Part shown: piece by piece, positions 1-8,371 of the stretch | Layout of the letters: each line of letters begins with the position of its first letter | Position numbering within the stretch: position 1 is the stretch's first letter | Virus record (IMG/VR): IMGVR_UViG_3300037863_000154 | Span: 1 to 29,924 of that record | Length of the DNA: 29,924 nucleotides | Source: a virus | Taxonomy: Duplodnaviria; Caudoviricetes | Reading direction: 5' to 3' (one strand) | Notes under the pieces: generated by a model | Databases searched by the model: none | Seen by the model: the letters and a program-made list of their open reading frames with translations, nothing else | What the model was told of the DNA's origin: nothing | Program-made: the position numbers and the translations under genes

Positions 1-824
1 ACCCGAAGACATTCCTCATCGATATGGATGTGGTGCGGGATAAAGCGCTTGAGCACAAACCCAAGGTCATCATTGCCGGCTGGTCGGCGTACCCCCGGCA
101 CACCGATTTCGAGGCGTTTCGTGAGATTGCCGATGAGGTTGGTGCGTACCTATGGGTAGACATGGCACACTTTGCCGGGTTGGTTGCCGCAGGTCTTCAC
201 CCCTCGCCAATCCCCCACGCTGACGTTGTGTCTACCACGGTTCACAAGACATTGGGTGGCCCACGTTCGGGATTGATTCTCAGCCGTGATGAAGGCCTTG
301 CCAAGAAGCTCAACTCTGCGGTGTTCCCGGGGCAACAGGGTGGCCCACTCATGCACGTCATTGCTGCCAAAGCGGTCGCGTTCAAGCTCGCCATGGAACC
401 AGAGTTCACCGATCGCCAAGAACGCACCATTCGGGGCGCCAAGGCTATTGCCGCTCGTCTGATGGAGCAGGATTCACAGTCCGCCGGTGTTGACGTCCTC
501 ACCGGTGGAACCGATGTTCATTTGACGCTTGTGGATTTGCGAAACTCTCCCCTCGATGGCCAGCAAGCAGAAGATCTACTCCACACCGTGGGCATCACGG
601 TCAACCGCAACGCTGTTCCTTTTGACCCCCGGCCCCCCATGGTCACCTCGGGTGTTAGAATTGGTACCCCAGCGCTTGCTACCAGGGGGTTTGGTGACAC
701 CGAGTTCGCTGAGGTTGCAGACATCATTGCCCACACCATGATGCCTAACCCCGATGTGCCAGCGCTGCAAGCACGCGTCGCATCGCTGACCAACGCCTGG
801 CCGCTGTATCCCGAACTGGGCTAG
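1..824 (+). CDS. glyA: Serine hydroxymethyltransferase, 5'-truncated by the window edge
   Basis: PLP-lysine motif [16 protein letters not shown], plus [48 protein letters not shown] and SGVRIGTPA. The frame is open from base 3 (PKTFLIDMD...). GC-rich, actinobacterial-looking sequence. Confidence 0.98.
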   Translation, partial: PKTFLIDMDVVRDKALEHKPKVIIAGWSAYPRHTDFEAFREIADEVGAYLWVDMAHFAGLVAAGLHPSPIPHADVVSTTVHKTLGGPRSGLILSRDEGLAKKLNSAVFPGQQGGPLMHVIAAKAVAFKLAMEPEFTDRQERTIRGAKAIAARLMEQDSQSAGVDVLTGGTDVHLTLVDLRNSPLDGQQAEDLLHTVGITVNRNAVPFDPRPPMVTSGVRIGTPALATRGFGDTEFAEVADIIAHTMMPNPDVPALQARVASLTNAWPLYPELG

Positions 825-882
825 GCCGGGGTAGAGATAGCTAGAATCGTAAAACAAAAGTGTTACAATTAACAAAGACAAA

Positions 883-911
883 TTGACATATTGAATACTG
901 CATGGTAGGAT
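883..911 (+). promoter_or_regulatory. SigA-type promoter for the tRNA/thyX unit
   Basis: TTGACA (883-888), 17-bp spacer ending in TGG, TAGGAT (906-911). Confidence 0.75.
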
Positions 912-934
912 CATGTTATGTTCAAGAACAGCAT

Positions 935-1012
935 GCCCACGTAATGGCGAAGGTTTCTACCCTTTATGTGCATAACGGAATGAAAATGCAGGTTCGATTC
1001 CTGTCGTGGGTA
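935..1012 (+). ncRNA. tRNA-like element or degenerate tRNA
   Basis: Acceptor stem GCCCACG/CGTGGGT with A discriminator and canonical T-arm GCAGG-TTCGATT-CCTGT. No canonical D-arm or anticodon arm. Confidence 0.55.
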
Positions 1013-1013
1013 C

Positions 1014-1087
1014 GGCCATTTAGCTCAGCTGGTTAGAGCTCCTCGCTCATAACGAGGTCGTCGTTGGTTCGAGTCCAACAATGGCCA
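1014..1087 (+). tRNA. tRNA with CAT anticodon (elongator Met or Ile2)
   Basis: GGCCATT/AATGGCC acceptor, GCTC/GAGC D-stem, CCTCG-CTCATAA-CGAGG anticodon arm, GTTGG-TTCGAGT-CCAAC T-arm. The G1-C72 pair argues against an initiator tRNA. CCA is not encoded. Confidence 0.95.
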
Positions 1088-1105
1088 CAAAACAAAAAGG
1101 AAAAT

Positions 1106-1801
1106 ATGCAAATCAATGTATTAGATAAAGGCTATGTACGCCTAGTAGATAGTATGGGTAGTGATCTATCTGTTGTCAATGCCGCCAGGGTATCGTATGA
1201 TAAAGAAGTAACAGAACTTACAGAGAAAGATGCTAAACTAATTAACTTTTTAGTTAGAGAAAAGCATACCTCTCCTTTTAGACATGCTGCTATGACTTTT
1301 GAAGTTTATGCACCTATGATGATAGCTAGACAATGGTGGAAGTATGCTGTGGCTTCATCCCATATTGAAAATCAGCTTGGTTGGAATGAGAGTTCGAGGA
1401 GATATATCACCGAGGACGAAGAGTTTTATGTACCTTCCCCTAACCAGTGGCGGAGCAAGCCGGAGAATAGCAAGCAGGGGAGTGGGCCTCCTCTTGATTC
1501 TGATGATGGACATTATCAAACAGAAGCTCTTATTAAAACAATTAAAGAAGGTGTGGATAGATATCAAAGTGCCATGGCTAACGGAGTAGCTCCAGAGCTT
1601 GCCAGGCTTCACCTGCCAGCCTATGCTATGTATGTTCGATGGCGTTGGACAACATCTCTCCAGGGCTTAATGACATTCTTAGAGCAGCGTTTACCTCACG
1701 ATGCCCAGTCAGAGATCAGAGAGTACGCTGACGCAGTCTTGAAACTTTCGGAGGGTATCTTTCCAGAGACATTTAAGACATACTTAAACATTAACAACTA
1801 A
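1106..1801 (+). CDS. thyX: FAD-dependent thymidylate synthase
   Basis: VLDKGYVRLVD, VVNAARVSY, HTSPFRH, WNESSRRY, ELARLHLP and AQSEIREYA motifs. ATG at 1106 follows AAAGG. The usual RHR is replaced by WKY. Confidence 0.95.
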   Translation: MQINVLDKGYVRLVDSMGSDLSVVNAARVSYDKEVTELTEKDAKLINFLVREKHTSPFRHAAMTFEVYAPMMIARQWWKYAVASSHIENQLGWNESSRRYITEDEEFYVPSPNQWRSKPENSKQGSGPPLDSDDGHYQTEALIKTIKEGVDRYQSAMANGVAPELARLHLPAYAMYVRWRWTTSLQGLMTFLEQRLPHDAQSEIREYADAVLKLSEGIFPETFKTYLNINN

Positions 1802-1837
1802 GTGTATACTAAATACACAAACTACAAAGGAGAACTA

Positions 1838-2059
1838 ATGGTAACTGTTTATACTAAGAATAACTGCGTCCAGTGTGACGCCACCAAAAGGATGATGGAT
1901 AAGCTGGGGGTAGAGTATTCAACAATCAATATCTCAGATAACCCAGACGAATTAGATAAACTAATTGAATTAGGATACCGTGCTGCTCCAGTAGTTGTTA
2001 CAGAAAATGACTCGTGGGCAGGCTTTCAGCCAGAAAAAATTACAGAGCTAGTGGCTTAG
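1838..2059 (+). CDS. nrdH: Glutaredoxin-like NrdH-redoxin
   Basis: VTVYTKNNCVQC..TKR, APVV and WAGFQPEKI motifs. RBS AAAGGAG. Confidence 0.92.
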   Translation: MVTVYTKNNCVQCDATKRMMDKLGVEYSTINISDNPDELDKLIELGYRAAPVVVTENDSWAGFQPEKITELVA

Positions 2060-2104
2060 TCATTTAAAAAAATATTTTTAAAAATAGTGTATAATTAAAA
2101 TATC

Positions 2105-2383
2105 ATGACCACGTCACACGGATTAACAACGCTTAGCAACTCTACCGCTTCTAGACTTACTCCAAACGGAACACACTCTGGAATGGACATCACTATTCAA
2201 AACATTAGTGAGGAAGCAATTGTTTATGTCGGTGGTGAGAGCGTCACCGCAGCTAGCTACGGGTTTAAGCTTTCTCCCGGAGCGGCAATTTCTTTTGAGC
2301 TTCCTCCCAAAGATGCGCTTTACGCTATCTCGGACACCGATGCTTCCTCTGTAGCTATTATGAAAATAGGTTTGGAGGACTAA
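2105..2383 (+). CDS. Small beta-rich protein, putative virion component
   Basis: 92-aa ORF with IQN..VYVGG..YGFKL pattern. TATAAT at 2090-2095. Confidence 0.6.
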   Translation: MTTSHGLTTLSNSTASRLTPNGTHSGMDITIQNISEEAIVYVGGESVTAASYGFKLSPGAAISFELPPKDALYAISDTDASSVAIMKIGLED

Positions 2384-2466
2384 TGGCAACGTTTAGTATT
2401 CCGGCTAGCGCACCAGCATCGTCAGAAGAGGACACACTCGACCCCTTCTTGCTAGTCGGTGCATAA
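2383..2466 (+). CDS. 27-aa peptide MATFSIPASAPASSEEDTLDPFLLVGA
   Basis: TAATG coupling to the previous gene, preceded by GGAGG. Below the ORF-track cutoff. Confidence 0.55.
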   Translation: MATFSIPASAPASSEEDTLDPFLLVGA

Positions 2467-2501
2467 TTTTCATGGTATAATAATTTTAACAAGGAGAAAA
2501 A

Positions 2502-2831
2502 ATGGCAACAAGTTATAAGGTTTTGGGGCAGTCAGCTCCTTCCGCAACTACTAACACGGACGTGTACACGGTTCCGTCTGCCCGTGAGTCCGTGATTTCT
2601 ACTATTGTTATCGCTAACCGGGAGGCTACCGCTGGAACATTTCGCCTTGCGGTGCGCCCTAACGGGGCAGCGATTGCTGACCAGCATTATCTTGCGTATG
2701 ATGTGCCGGTTGCGGCCAACGATTCTACTACGTTGACTTTGGGGCTTACTTTGGATGCTACGGATGTTATTACTTTTTATGCATCTAGCGCAACTATGAG
2801 TATTAATGTTTTTGGTTCGGAAATTAGGTAG
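2502..2831 (+). CDS. Putative phage tail/virion structural protein
   Basis: RBS AAGGAG. MATSYKVLGQSAPSATTNTDVYTVP N-terminus of a type recurrent in aquatic phages. TGGTATAAT at 2473-2481. Confidence 0.65.
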   Translation: MATSYKVLGQSAPSATTNTDVYTVPSARESVISTIVIANREATAGTFRLAVRPNGAAIADQHYLAYDVPVAANDSTTLTLGLTLDATDVITFYASSATMSINVFGSEIR

Positions 2832-2840
2832 GGGCTTGTT

Positions 2841-3653
2841 GTGGCTGTAACAAGTTTTGCCAGTAGCTCTTTTCAAAACTACAAGCGTTATAATTCTATG
2901 GCGGAATCCTCTGTTTTTAGAGCCCTTGGTGGGCAATATTTAGAAGCAGATGGCTACGGAATCCATATTTTTACCGCATCAGATACTTTTGTTGTTATTT
3001 CTGGCTTCAAAAGAGTCGAAGTTTTTTGCGTTTCCGGTGGTGGCGGTGGCGGGGATGGCACCGGAGCGGGTGGTGGTGGTGGTGGCGGTGTGGTTCAGCA
3101 ACTTACCGCGGGGAACGTGCGCATGGGGGAGTACAGCGTTATTGTAGGCGCTGGCGGGTCAACCAACTCTTTAGGCTCAGACTCCAGTTTTATTGATGTT
3201 TCGTCCCTGGGGGGCGGAAATGGCGCTTCGCCAGGCGCATCCAGTGTGGGTGGCTCTGGTGGTGGTGGTGGCACAAGTGGTGGTGGAAGTTCCCTTGGTA
3301 CTTCTGGCCAGGGAAACGCTGGTGGCGGCGCCTCTGGGCCAGCTGGTAATACTAGCGCAAGGGCTGGGGGTGGCGGCGGTGGTAAAAACGGTAATGGTAA
3401 CAATGGTAGCACGCCTTATCGCGGAAACTCGGCAAACAATGCTGACGGTGGCGTCGGTGGCTCAGCTCTTTCTAGCACCTTTTCTGGAGCTTCGCTTTCC
3501 TACGCTGGTGGCGGTGGCGGTGGCGCGAACAACGGGCGAGATTACAGTAGAGAGGGAAGTAGCGGTGGCGGAAACGCCCCAACTCTTGGCGGTGGCGGAC
3601 AGGGACAAAATGTAGGATTTTCCGGCAGGGTAATTATAAGGTATGAAATATAA
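2841..3653 (+). CDS. Glycine-rich domain protein, putative tail fibre/adsorption protein
   Basis: IHIFTAS, VSGGGGGG, GGGGGGV, YSVIVGAGG, YAGGGGGG and terminal GSGxVIIRY-like GFSGRVIIRY. Confidence 0.8.
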   Translation: MAVTSFASSSFQNYKRYNSMAESSVFRALGGQYLEADGYGIHIFTASDTFVVISGFKRVEVFCVSGGGGGGDGTGAGGGGGGGVVQQLTAGNVRMGEYSVIVGAGGSTNSLGSDSSFIDVSSLGGGNGASPGASSVGGSGGGGGTSGGGSSLGTSGQGNAGGGASGPAGNTSARAGGGGGGKNGNGNNGSTPYRGNSANNADGGVGGSALSSTFSGASLSYAGGGGGGANNGRDYSREGSSGGGNAPTLGGGGQGQNVGFSGRVIIRYEI

Positions 3654-4060
3654 TGGCACACTGGGCGAAAATTGACGAAAACAATATTGTAGAAAATGTT
3701 GTTGTTACGAAAAACTCAGACGACGACGAGGGTGCTTATTTTGTAAATAACGTGCTTGGCGGTACTTGGGTGAAAACATCAATAAACACAATTGGTGGTG
3801 TCCACTATTCTGATGTTTTAGATGACGACGGAAACAGAACCACAAGCCTTGACCAAAGCAAATCTCTTCGATTCAATTATGCCGGAATAGGCTTCACTTA
3901 TGACTCCGCCCGTGATGCTTTCATTCCTCCAACGCCTTACCCTTCATGGGTTCTTGATGAGGGCACCTGTCAATGGGTGGCACCAATCGCCATGCCCGAG
4001 GGTGCGCACACTTGGGATGAAGAAGCTGGTGACTGGGTAGAGGTAGTCGACCCTTATTAA
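3653..4060 (+). CDS. Conserved phage protein accompanying glycine-rich tail genes
   Basis: MAHWAKIDENNIV, WVKTS, RFNYAGIGFTYD..RDAFIPP.PYPSW motifs. TAATG coupling. Confidence 0.75.
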   Translation: MAHWAKIDENNIVENVVVTKNSDDDEGAYFVNNVLGGTWVKTSINTIGGVHYSDVLDDDGNRTTSLDQSKSLRFNYAGIGFTYDSARDAFIPPTPYPSWVLDEGTCQWVAPIAMPEGAHTWDEEAGDWVEVVDPY

Positions 4061-4130
4061 TGCTATAATTATTTAATGAACTATTTAAAATGGTTTGTCA
4101 AAGAGTTAATTAGACGATGGAGGAATAACA

Positions 4131-4853
4131 TTGAAGCTTTATAACCCCTGGCCAAAAGGCAGAACGATCAGAAGTCACTTTGGATGGAGGGTGCATCCAA
4201 TTACTAAAGAAAGAACATTTCACAGAGGCGTTGATGTCGGAGGTAGCTTTCCTGTTACCGCTGCACAAGATGGCAAAGTTGTTCACGTATCTGCTGATTG
4301 GCACAAACTTTCCAAGAATCAACAGAAACTTCAGTCTGGCGGTAATGGCGTAACCATTCAGCACGAAAACAACTTGTTTACTACCTATTATCATGGAGCC
4401 CACCAATCAGCACTTAAGGTTGGACAAAGGCTAAAGGTTGGAGATTTTGTTTACACTTCCGGAACTACAGGACTTTCAACTGGAGATCACCTCCACTTTG
4501 AAGTTAGAACAAGCAAGTCTGGTGGACAAGTTGATCCAGTTCCATATTTGCAGGGTAGTCCTTCTGTAGTCCCATCACCTTCTAATGTTAGCGGTCGCCT
4601 AGATTCTGCTACCTGGAAAGCTTGGCAGACAGCATTAAAGGCTAAGGGATTCTACAAGGGTATCCCAGATGGAAGGCCAGCCATTATGACATATCGTGCT
4701 ATCCAGGAATGGGCTGGCGTAAGTGCGGACGGAAAGATCGGTCCGATTACCCGTAGAGCCGTACAGCGGAAGCTGGGGGTAAAAGAGGATGGTGTATGGG
4801 GAAAAATGACTATTAGCGAACTACAAAGACAGCTTAATGCAGGCAAGATTTAA
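4131..4853 (+). CDS. Endolysin: M23 peptidase plus peptidoglycan-binding repeats
   Basis: HRGVD (HxxxD), YYHG and STGDHLHFEVR (HxH) motifs. C-terminal DG.xGxxT repeats. RBS GGAGG before TTG. Confidence 0.92.
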   Translation: MKLYNPWPKGRTIRSHFGWRVHPITKERTFHRGVDVGGSFPVTAAQDGKVVHVSADWHKLSKNQQKLQSGGNGVTIQHENNLFTTYYHGAHQSALKVGQRLKVGDFVYTSGTTGLSTGDHLHFEVRTSKSGGQVDPVPYLQGSPSVVPSPSNVSGRLDSATWKAWQTALKAKGFYKGIPDGRPAIMTYRAIQEWAGVSADGKIGPITRRAVQRKLGVKEDGVWGKMTISELQRQLNAGKI

Positions 4854-5155
4854 TGTCAAATCGTAATGGCGATGGCCCAAGTTGGAAACATCGCAGAAGA
4901 CTAATTTATGCGTCATACGTTCTCGGTGCTGTAATGATTATCTTTGGCGCAGTTACGTACCTAACTGATACCCAAGTCGGATCTCAAATGGTAATTGGTG
5001 GTGTTGGTTTAATTAGTATTATCGTTACAGCATATACCGGTTTCGCTGCGTATGAAGACACTAGGCTTTGGAATAACAAAGATAACTATTATGTTAAATT
5101 TGGAGATAATCAACCTGAAGATGAACTTGACAGCAAGACATCTGATGGACTATAA
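4853..5155 (+). CDS. Two-TM membrane protein, holin-like
   Basis: Two hydrophobic segments. Lies between the endolysin and the holin. Confidence 0.6.
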   Translation: MSNRNGDGPSWKHRRRLIYASYVLGAVMIIFGAVTYLTDTQVGSQMVIGGVGLISIIVTAYTGFAAYEDTRLWNNKDNYYVKFGDNQPEDELDSKTSDGL

Positions 5156-5193
5156 TTAGTAATGTTGTAAACTAAACGAAAGGAACAACATAT

Positions 5194-5505
5194 ATGCTAA
5201 AAAGTACAGCCTTTTGGGCTTCAGCGGCGGAACGTGCAATTAAGACATTTGCACAGGCCGCCCTAGCACTACTGAGTACCAGCCAGCTGGTGTCAGTGAT
5301 CAATGTAAATTGGGTAGAGGTTGCTGGCGTTGCGCTATTGGCCGCAATTCTATCTTTGCTTACTTCTGTTGCGATTCCAGCAACAGAAACCAAGTCAGCA
5401 ATTCGTGCAGAGCGGGAAGCGGTACGGGTTGCAGCAGCAGCCACCGTAAAGAAGACTGCCACCAAGACAGTAACTGCTAAAAAGACGGCAACAAATAAGG
5501 CATAG
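5194..5505 (+). CDS. Holin, r1t-like
   Basis: FWASAAERAIKTFAQAALA and LLAAILSLLTSVA motifs. K/T/A-rich basic tail. Confidence 0.88.
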   Translation: MLKSTAFWASAAERAIKTFAQAALALLSTSQLVSVINVNWVEVAGVALLAAILSLLTSVAIPATETKSAIRAEREAVRVAAAATVKKTATKTVTAKKTATNKA

Positions 5506-5512
5506 ATAGATA

Positions 5513-5689
5513 GTGCCATCATATGAATATGCCTGCAGGGTCTGTGGTGCCAGCGTTACTAAGTATCGCAACATCACAGACCCTGACGGGTCTCATCAAT
5601 GTGAAACTTGCAATATTGAATTAAAAAGGGTATACTCTAATATAGGTGTTTCCTTTAATGGTAACGGTTTTTATTCCAACGACAAATAG
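5513..5689 (+). CDS. FmdB-family zinc-ribbon protein
   Basis: Manual translation (M)PSYEYACRVCG...CETCNIELKRVYS..GVSFNGNGFYSNDK. Absent from the ORF track. Confidence 0.88.
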   Translation: MPSYEYACRVCGASVTKYRNITDPDGSHQCETCNIELKRVYSNIGVSFNGNGFYSNDK

Positions 5690-5698
5690 GAGGACAGC

Positions 5699-5965
5699 AT
5701 GGCTGCTTCGACAAAAAATAAAGTAAGCATGAAAAGCGCAAAGAGAGAGTTTCTGCTAGAGTTCACAGATCGATGTGATAGCTGCGGTGCTCAGGCTTTT
5801 GTTTGTGTTCAGGGCATGACTGGTGAGCTGATGTTTTGTAGTCACCACTATACAAAAATTATGAAAAATGCAGACTCTTATGTTGCACTTAGCAGTTTTG
5901 CAATTGAAACCATTGATGAAAGGGAAAGGCTAGATCTTTACGAAAAGCAAAGAACTGCCGTATAG
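5699..5965 (+). CDS. Small zinc-finger protein of actinobacterial type
   Basis: DRCDSCGAQA...LMFCSHH motif. RBS AGGAGG. Confidence 0.7.
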   Translation: MAASTKNKVSMKSAKREFLLEFTDRCDSCGAQAFVCVQGMTGELMFCSHHYTKIMKNADSYVALSSFAIETIDERERLDLYEKQRTAV

Positions 5966-5974
5966 GTTTAATAT

Positions 5975-6394
5975 ATGGAGTATTTCATTGGAGCGATGAT
6001 TGCTTTAATCTCTATTGTTACCACCAACATTCTTGTTAATCGCAAGATAGAAAAAACTCCAAATATAGAAATTAAGTATAGTCAAAGCCATATTTATAGT
6101 TTGATTAGTCCGTTTTATAGTGACATGGCAATGATCAGGCCAAGACCAAGCCAGTCTTCTAACTACCATAATTCTTTATTTGTAAAAGTTATGGTTTTGG
6201 GTGGTAGTGCATACTGGATTAAAGAAAATAAATTATATATTGCAGACATGTCTAGGAATGGAGTTGACCAAGGCACAACAAGAGAGGTTGACACCTTCTC
6301 TATGTCAAAAAAAGAACTAGAGCAGGTCATGTTTATTGTAGAAAAACTTAGAGAGGAGATGCCAGATGAAAATTGGGGTCCAGGGAAGCCGTAG
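5975..6394 (+). CDS. Hypothetical protein with N-terminal TM anchor
   Basis: 139-aa ORF with a hydrophobic N-terminus. Confidence 0.65.
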   Translation: MEYFIGAMIALISIVTTNILVNRKIEKTPNIEIKYSQSHIYSLISPFYSDMAMIRPRPSQSSNYHNSLFVKVMVLGGSAYWIKENKLYIADMSRNGVDQGTTREVDTFSMSKKELEQVMFIVEKLREEMPDENWGPGKP

Positions 6395-6716
6395 CTTCGA
6401 AGATTACGCAATTTTTTTGCGAGCAATGGGGACAGCGTTATCGGAAATGAATTTACAAGAAAGTGAATTTCATCTGTACACTGCTGGCCCGTCAAAAATT
6501 AATTCTATGGTCATGGAGTTTTCTAATATCTCTGAGCGTAGCCTAAAACTGAGAGGCATTAAGATTAGATTCTTTAAGATTTCTCCAAAATGGCTTAAAG
6601 AAAACATTCATGAAATGAATTCTTTTCTTTATTTTAGCAAGCCAAAAGAAACCCCATCTGACATAGTAGAGATCGCTGAGCGCAAGGGTCTTGACGTGGG
6701 GCTTTATAGGTACTGA
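6366..6716 (+). CDS. Hypothetical protein, possibly SLOG/YspA-like
   Basis: N-terminal MKIGVQGSRSFEDY resembles the GxRxFxDY start of SLOG-family proteins. Confidence 0.5.
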   Translation: MKIGVQGSRSFEDYAIFLRAMGTALSEMNLQESEFHLYTAGPSKINSMVMEFSNISERSLKLRGIKIRFFKISPKWLKENIHEMNSFLYFSKPKETPSDIVEIAERKGLDVGLYRY

Positions 6717-7075
6717 TGATTAGCAAAAGGGAAAGAGCGTTTTTGTCAGTTGCCAGATACATGGCAGCCAAGTCTAACTCCAGAAGAATGCATGGAGCTG
6801 TTCTGGTAAAAGGCGGAAGGGTTGTTGGAACTGGATATAACAAAGATAGGAATAGTCCACTTTATGTTTCTCCGGAACACATAAAGACACATTGTTCTAG
6901 GCACGCAGAGCTTGAAGCAATTCGAGACGCGAACTGGAATGTTAAAGGAGCAGTACTGTATGTTGCTAGAGTCAGCAAACAGGGGGAAGATCGTAATAGC
7001 AAGCCTTGCGGATTATGCGAGATCGTTATACGAGAAGCCGAAATTAAAAAAGTAATACATACTAGAGAAAGCTAA
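6716..7075 (+). CDS. Cytidine/dCMP deaminase-like zinc protein
   Basis: HGAVLV..G.VVGTGYN, HAE and SKPCGLC motifs. Confidence 0.88.
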   Translation: MISKRERAFLSVARYMAAKSNSRRMHGAVLVKGGRVVGTGYNKDRNSPLYVSPEHIKTHCSRHAELEAIRDANWNVKGAVLYVARVSKQGEDRNSKPCGLCEIVIREAEIKKVIHTRES

Positions 7076-7079
7076 GACT

Positions 7080-7304
7080 GTGTTTATCAAATCTTTAGAA
7101 GAAATGGAATCAATTGTTAGTCTAGACAAGTCTCTTAGGTGGGACGGCTGGACAGTTATTCATACTAAATTTAATCCAATGGCGTGGAAAAACACTAATG
7201 GGATTATATCTAATGGCAAGTGGTATACGGCAACCCGCTACGAGCCCACCAGCAACGGCTGGGACCTACCTAAGAAAATGGTCAATAACAGTGGACAAGC
7301 ATGA
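7080..7304 (+). CDS. Hypothetical protein
   Basis: 74-aa ORF within a tightly packed operon. Confidence 0.6.
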   Translation: MFIKSLEEMESIVSLDKSLRWDGWTVIHTKFNPMAWKNTNGIISNGKWYTATRYEPTSNGWDLPKKMVNNSGQA

Positions 7305-7587
7305 GTGGAAAGATAGGGCAGCCTGTCTGGGGTTTGACACAAACATTTTCTTTGATAAGTACGAAGAAGAGGAAGCCTTTCGTCCGGGCATAGACTCAAT
7401 ATGCCACTCCTGTCCAGTAATAAAGCAATGCTTTGCTGTAGGGATTTCTCAAAAAGAATGGGGAGTCTGGGGAGGAATATACCTTGAAAACGGTAAAATT
7501 TCTCGTGAATTTAGCAAGCACAGAAGTAAGGAAGATTGGGCAGAATCATGGAAGGCCCTCACAATGGATAAGAAAGAAACAAGATAA
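7291..7587 (+). CDS. whiB: WhiB-family Fe-S transcription factor
   Basis: W...AAC, IFF, CxxCPV...C and GVWGG motifs (four Cys). Probable GTG start at 7291. Confidence 0.93.
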   Translation: MDKHEWKDRAACLGFDTNIFFDKYEEEEAFRPGIDSICHSCPVIKQCFAVGISQKEWGVWGGIYLENGKISREFSKHRSKEDWAESWKALTMDKKETR

Positions 7588-7835
7588 TGTATACCGACCA
7601 AATGGCTAGAGCATTTCACTCCCTGGCACACTATGCGCCAAAGGGGTTTGGTCTGCAAATAATCGATCATGACAACTTCTTAACAGTTAAGGCTAGTGAA
7701 GAGTCTTTTAATAGGCTTGCTGATTTTGAAAAGCGTCGAGCGATAGAGTATATGGTAAAAACAAAGAAGGCACTTGAAGAAAATGGAGCAATTGTTTTGT
7801 TAGTAAGAGAAGGCGGTAAAGAAAATGGAAATTGA
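7587..7835 (+). CDS. Hypothetical protein
   Basis: 82-aa ORF, TAATG-coupled to whiB. Confidence 0.7.
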   Translation: MYTDQMARAFHSLAHYAPKGFGLQIIDHDNFLTVKASEESFNRLADFEKRRAIEYMVKTKKALEENGAIVLLVREGGKENGN

Positions 7836-8241
7836 TCTACCTAATTTAATTATAACTATTGTTGTCTCAGTAGTTATTTGTGGTTTGTCATACACTAACA
7901 TAGCTTTGAGGGCACACAACAAAAAAGTATTTAAGACACTTATTCAGTCTGAGATCGATAGGGAGGCGTTGATAACAATGCTAACCAAAGTTGAGCTTGA
8001 AAATGAAAACAAAAACGGAGATGGATTTTTAAAGTTTGTCTCGGACTCTAGAGACTGGGCGTTTCAATATATTGAGCGTGTTCAGATATCTATTAAGACT
8101 TTTCAGAATATCTTTCATCCTATTTCTGTAAGATATTACAAAGACAAGACAACGCCAATTGATCAAGAAGAGTTCGGAAAACTTTTTGAGGCTTACAAAA
8201 AGCTGATAGAAGAATTACCAGAAGAAGGCAAGAGCTCCTAG
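7825..8241 (+). CDS. Hypothetical membrane-anchored protein
   Basis: N-terminal TM helix and FLKFVSDSRDWAFQYIE segment. Confidence 0.7.
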   Translation: MEIDLPNLIITIVVSVVICGLSYTNIALRAHNKKVFKTLIQSEIDREALITMLTKVELENENKNGDGFLKFVSDSRDWAFQYIERVQISIKTFQNIFHPISVRYYKDKTTPIDQEEFGKLFEAYKKLIEELPEEGKSS

Positions 8242-8265
8242 ATTTCTTCATGGTATAATTAAATT

Positions 8266-8348
8266 GTCCCGTACAGGATGCCTTAGTGATGGTTTAGTTA
8301 CCCATTTATAAGATCGGGCCTTCGTGCTTGAATTTCCCTGTACGGGAC
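8266..8348 (+). ncRNA. Candidate structured small RNA (83 nt, three-way junction)
   Basis: 12-bp perfect closing stem GTCCCGTACAGG/CCTGTACGGGAC with two internal hairpins. Starts 7 nt after TGGTATAAT (8251-8259). Confidence 0.65.
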
Positions 8349-8371
8349 TTCCAGTGTTATAATTGTATAAT

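Noticed and set aside
824-1087. tRNA as a prophage attachment site
   Set aside because: The GC shift occurs before the tRNAs, which have an AT-rich phage-type promoter. No integrase or duplicated tRNA 3' end is visible.
1064-1105. N-terminal extension of ThyX in the ORF track
   Set aside because: It overlaps the tRNA. The ATG at 1106 has an RBS.
3095-3615. Pro-rich antisense and Val-rich alternative-frame ORFs
   Set aside because: They are shadows of the GGN codon runs in the glycine-rich gene.
2841-4060. Diversity-generating retroelement target
   Set aside because: No template/variable repeat pair or reverse transcriptase is visible.
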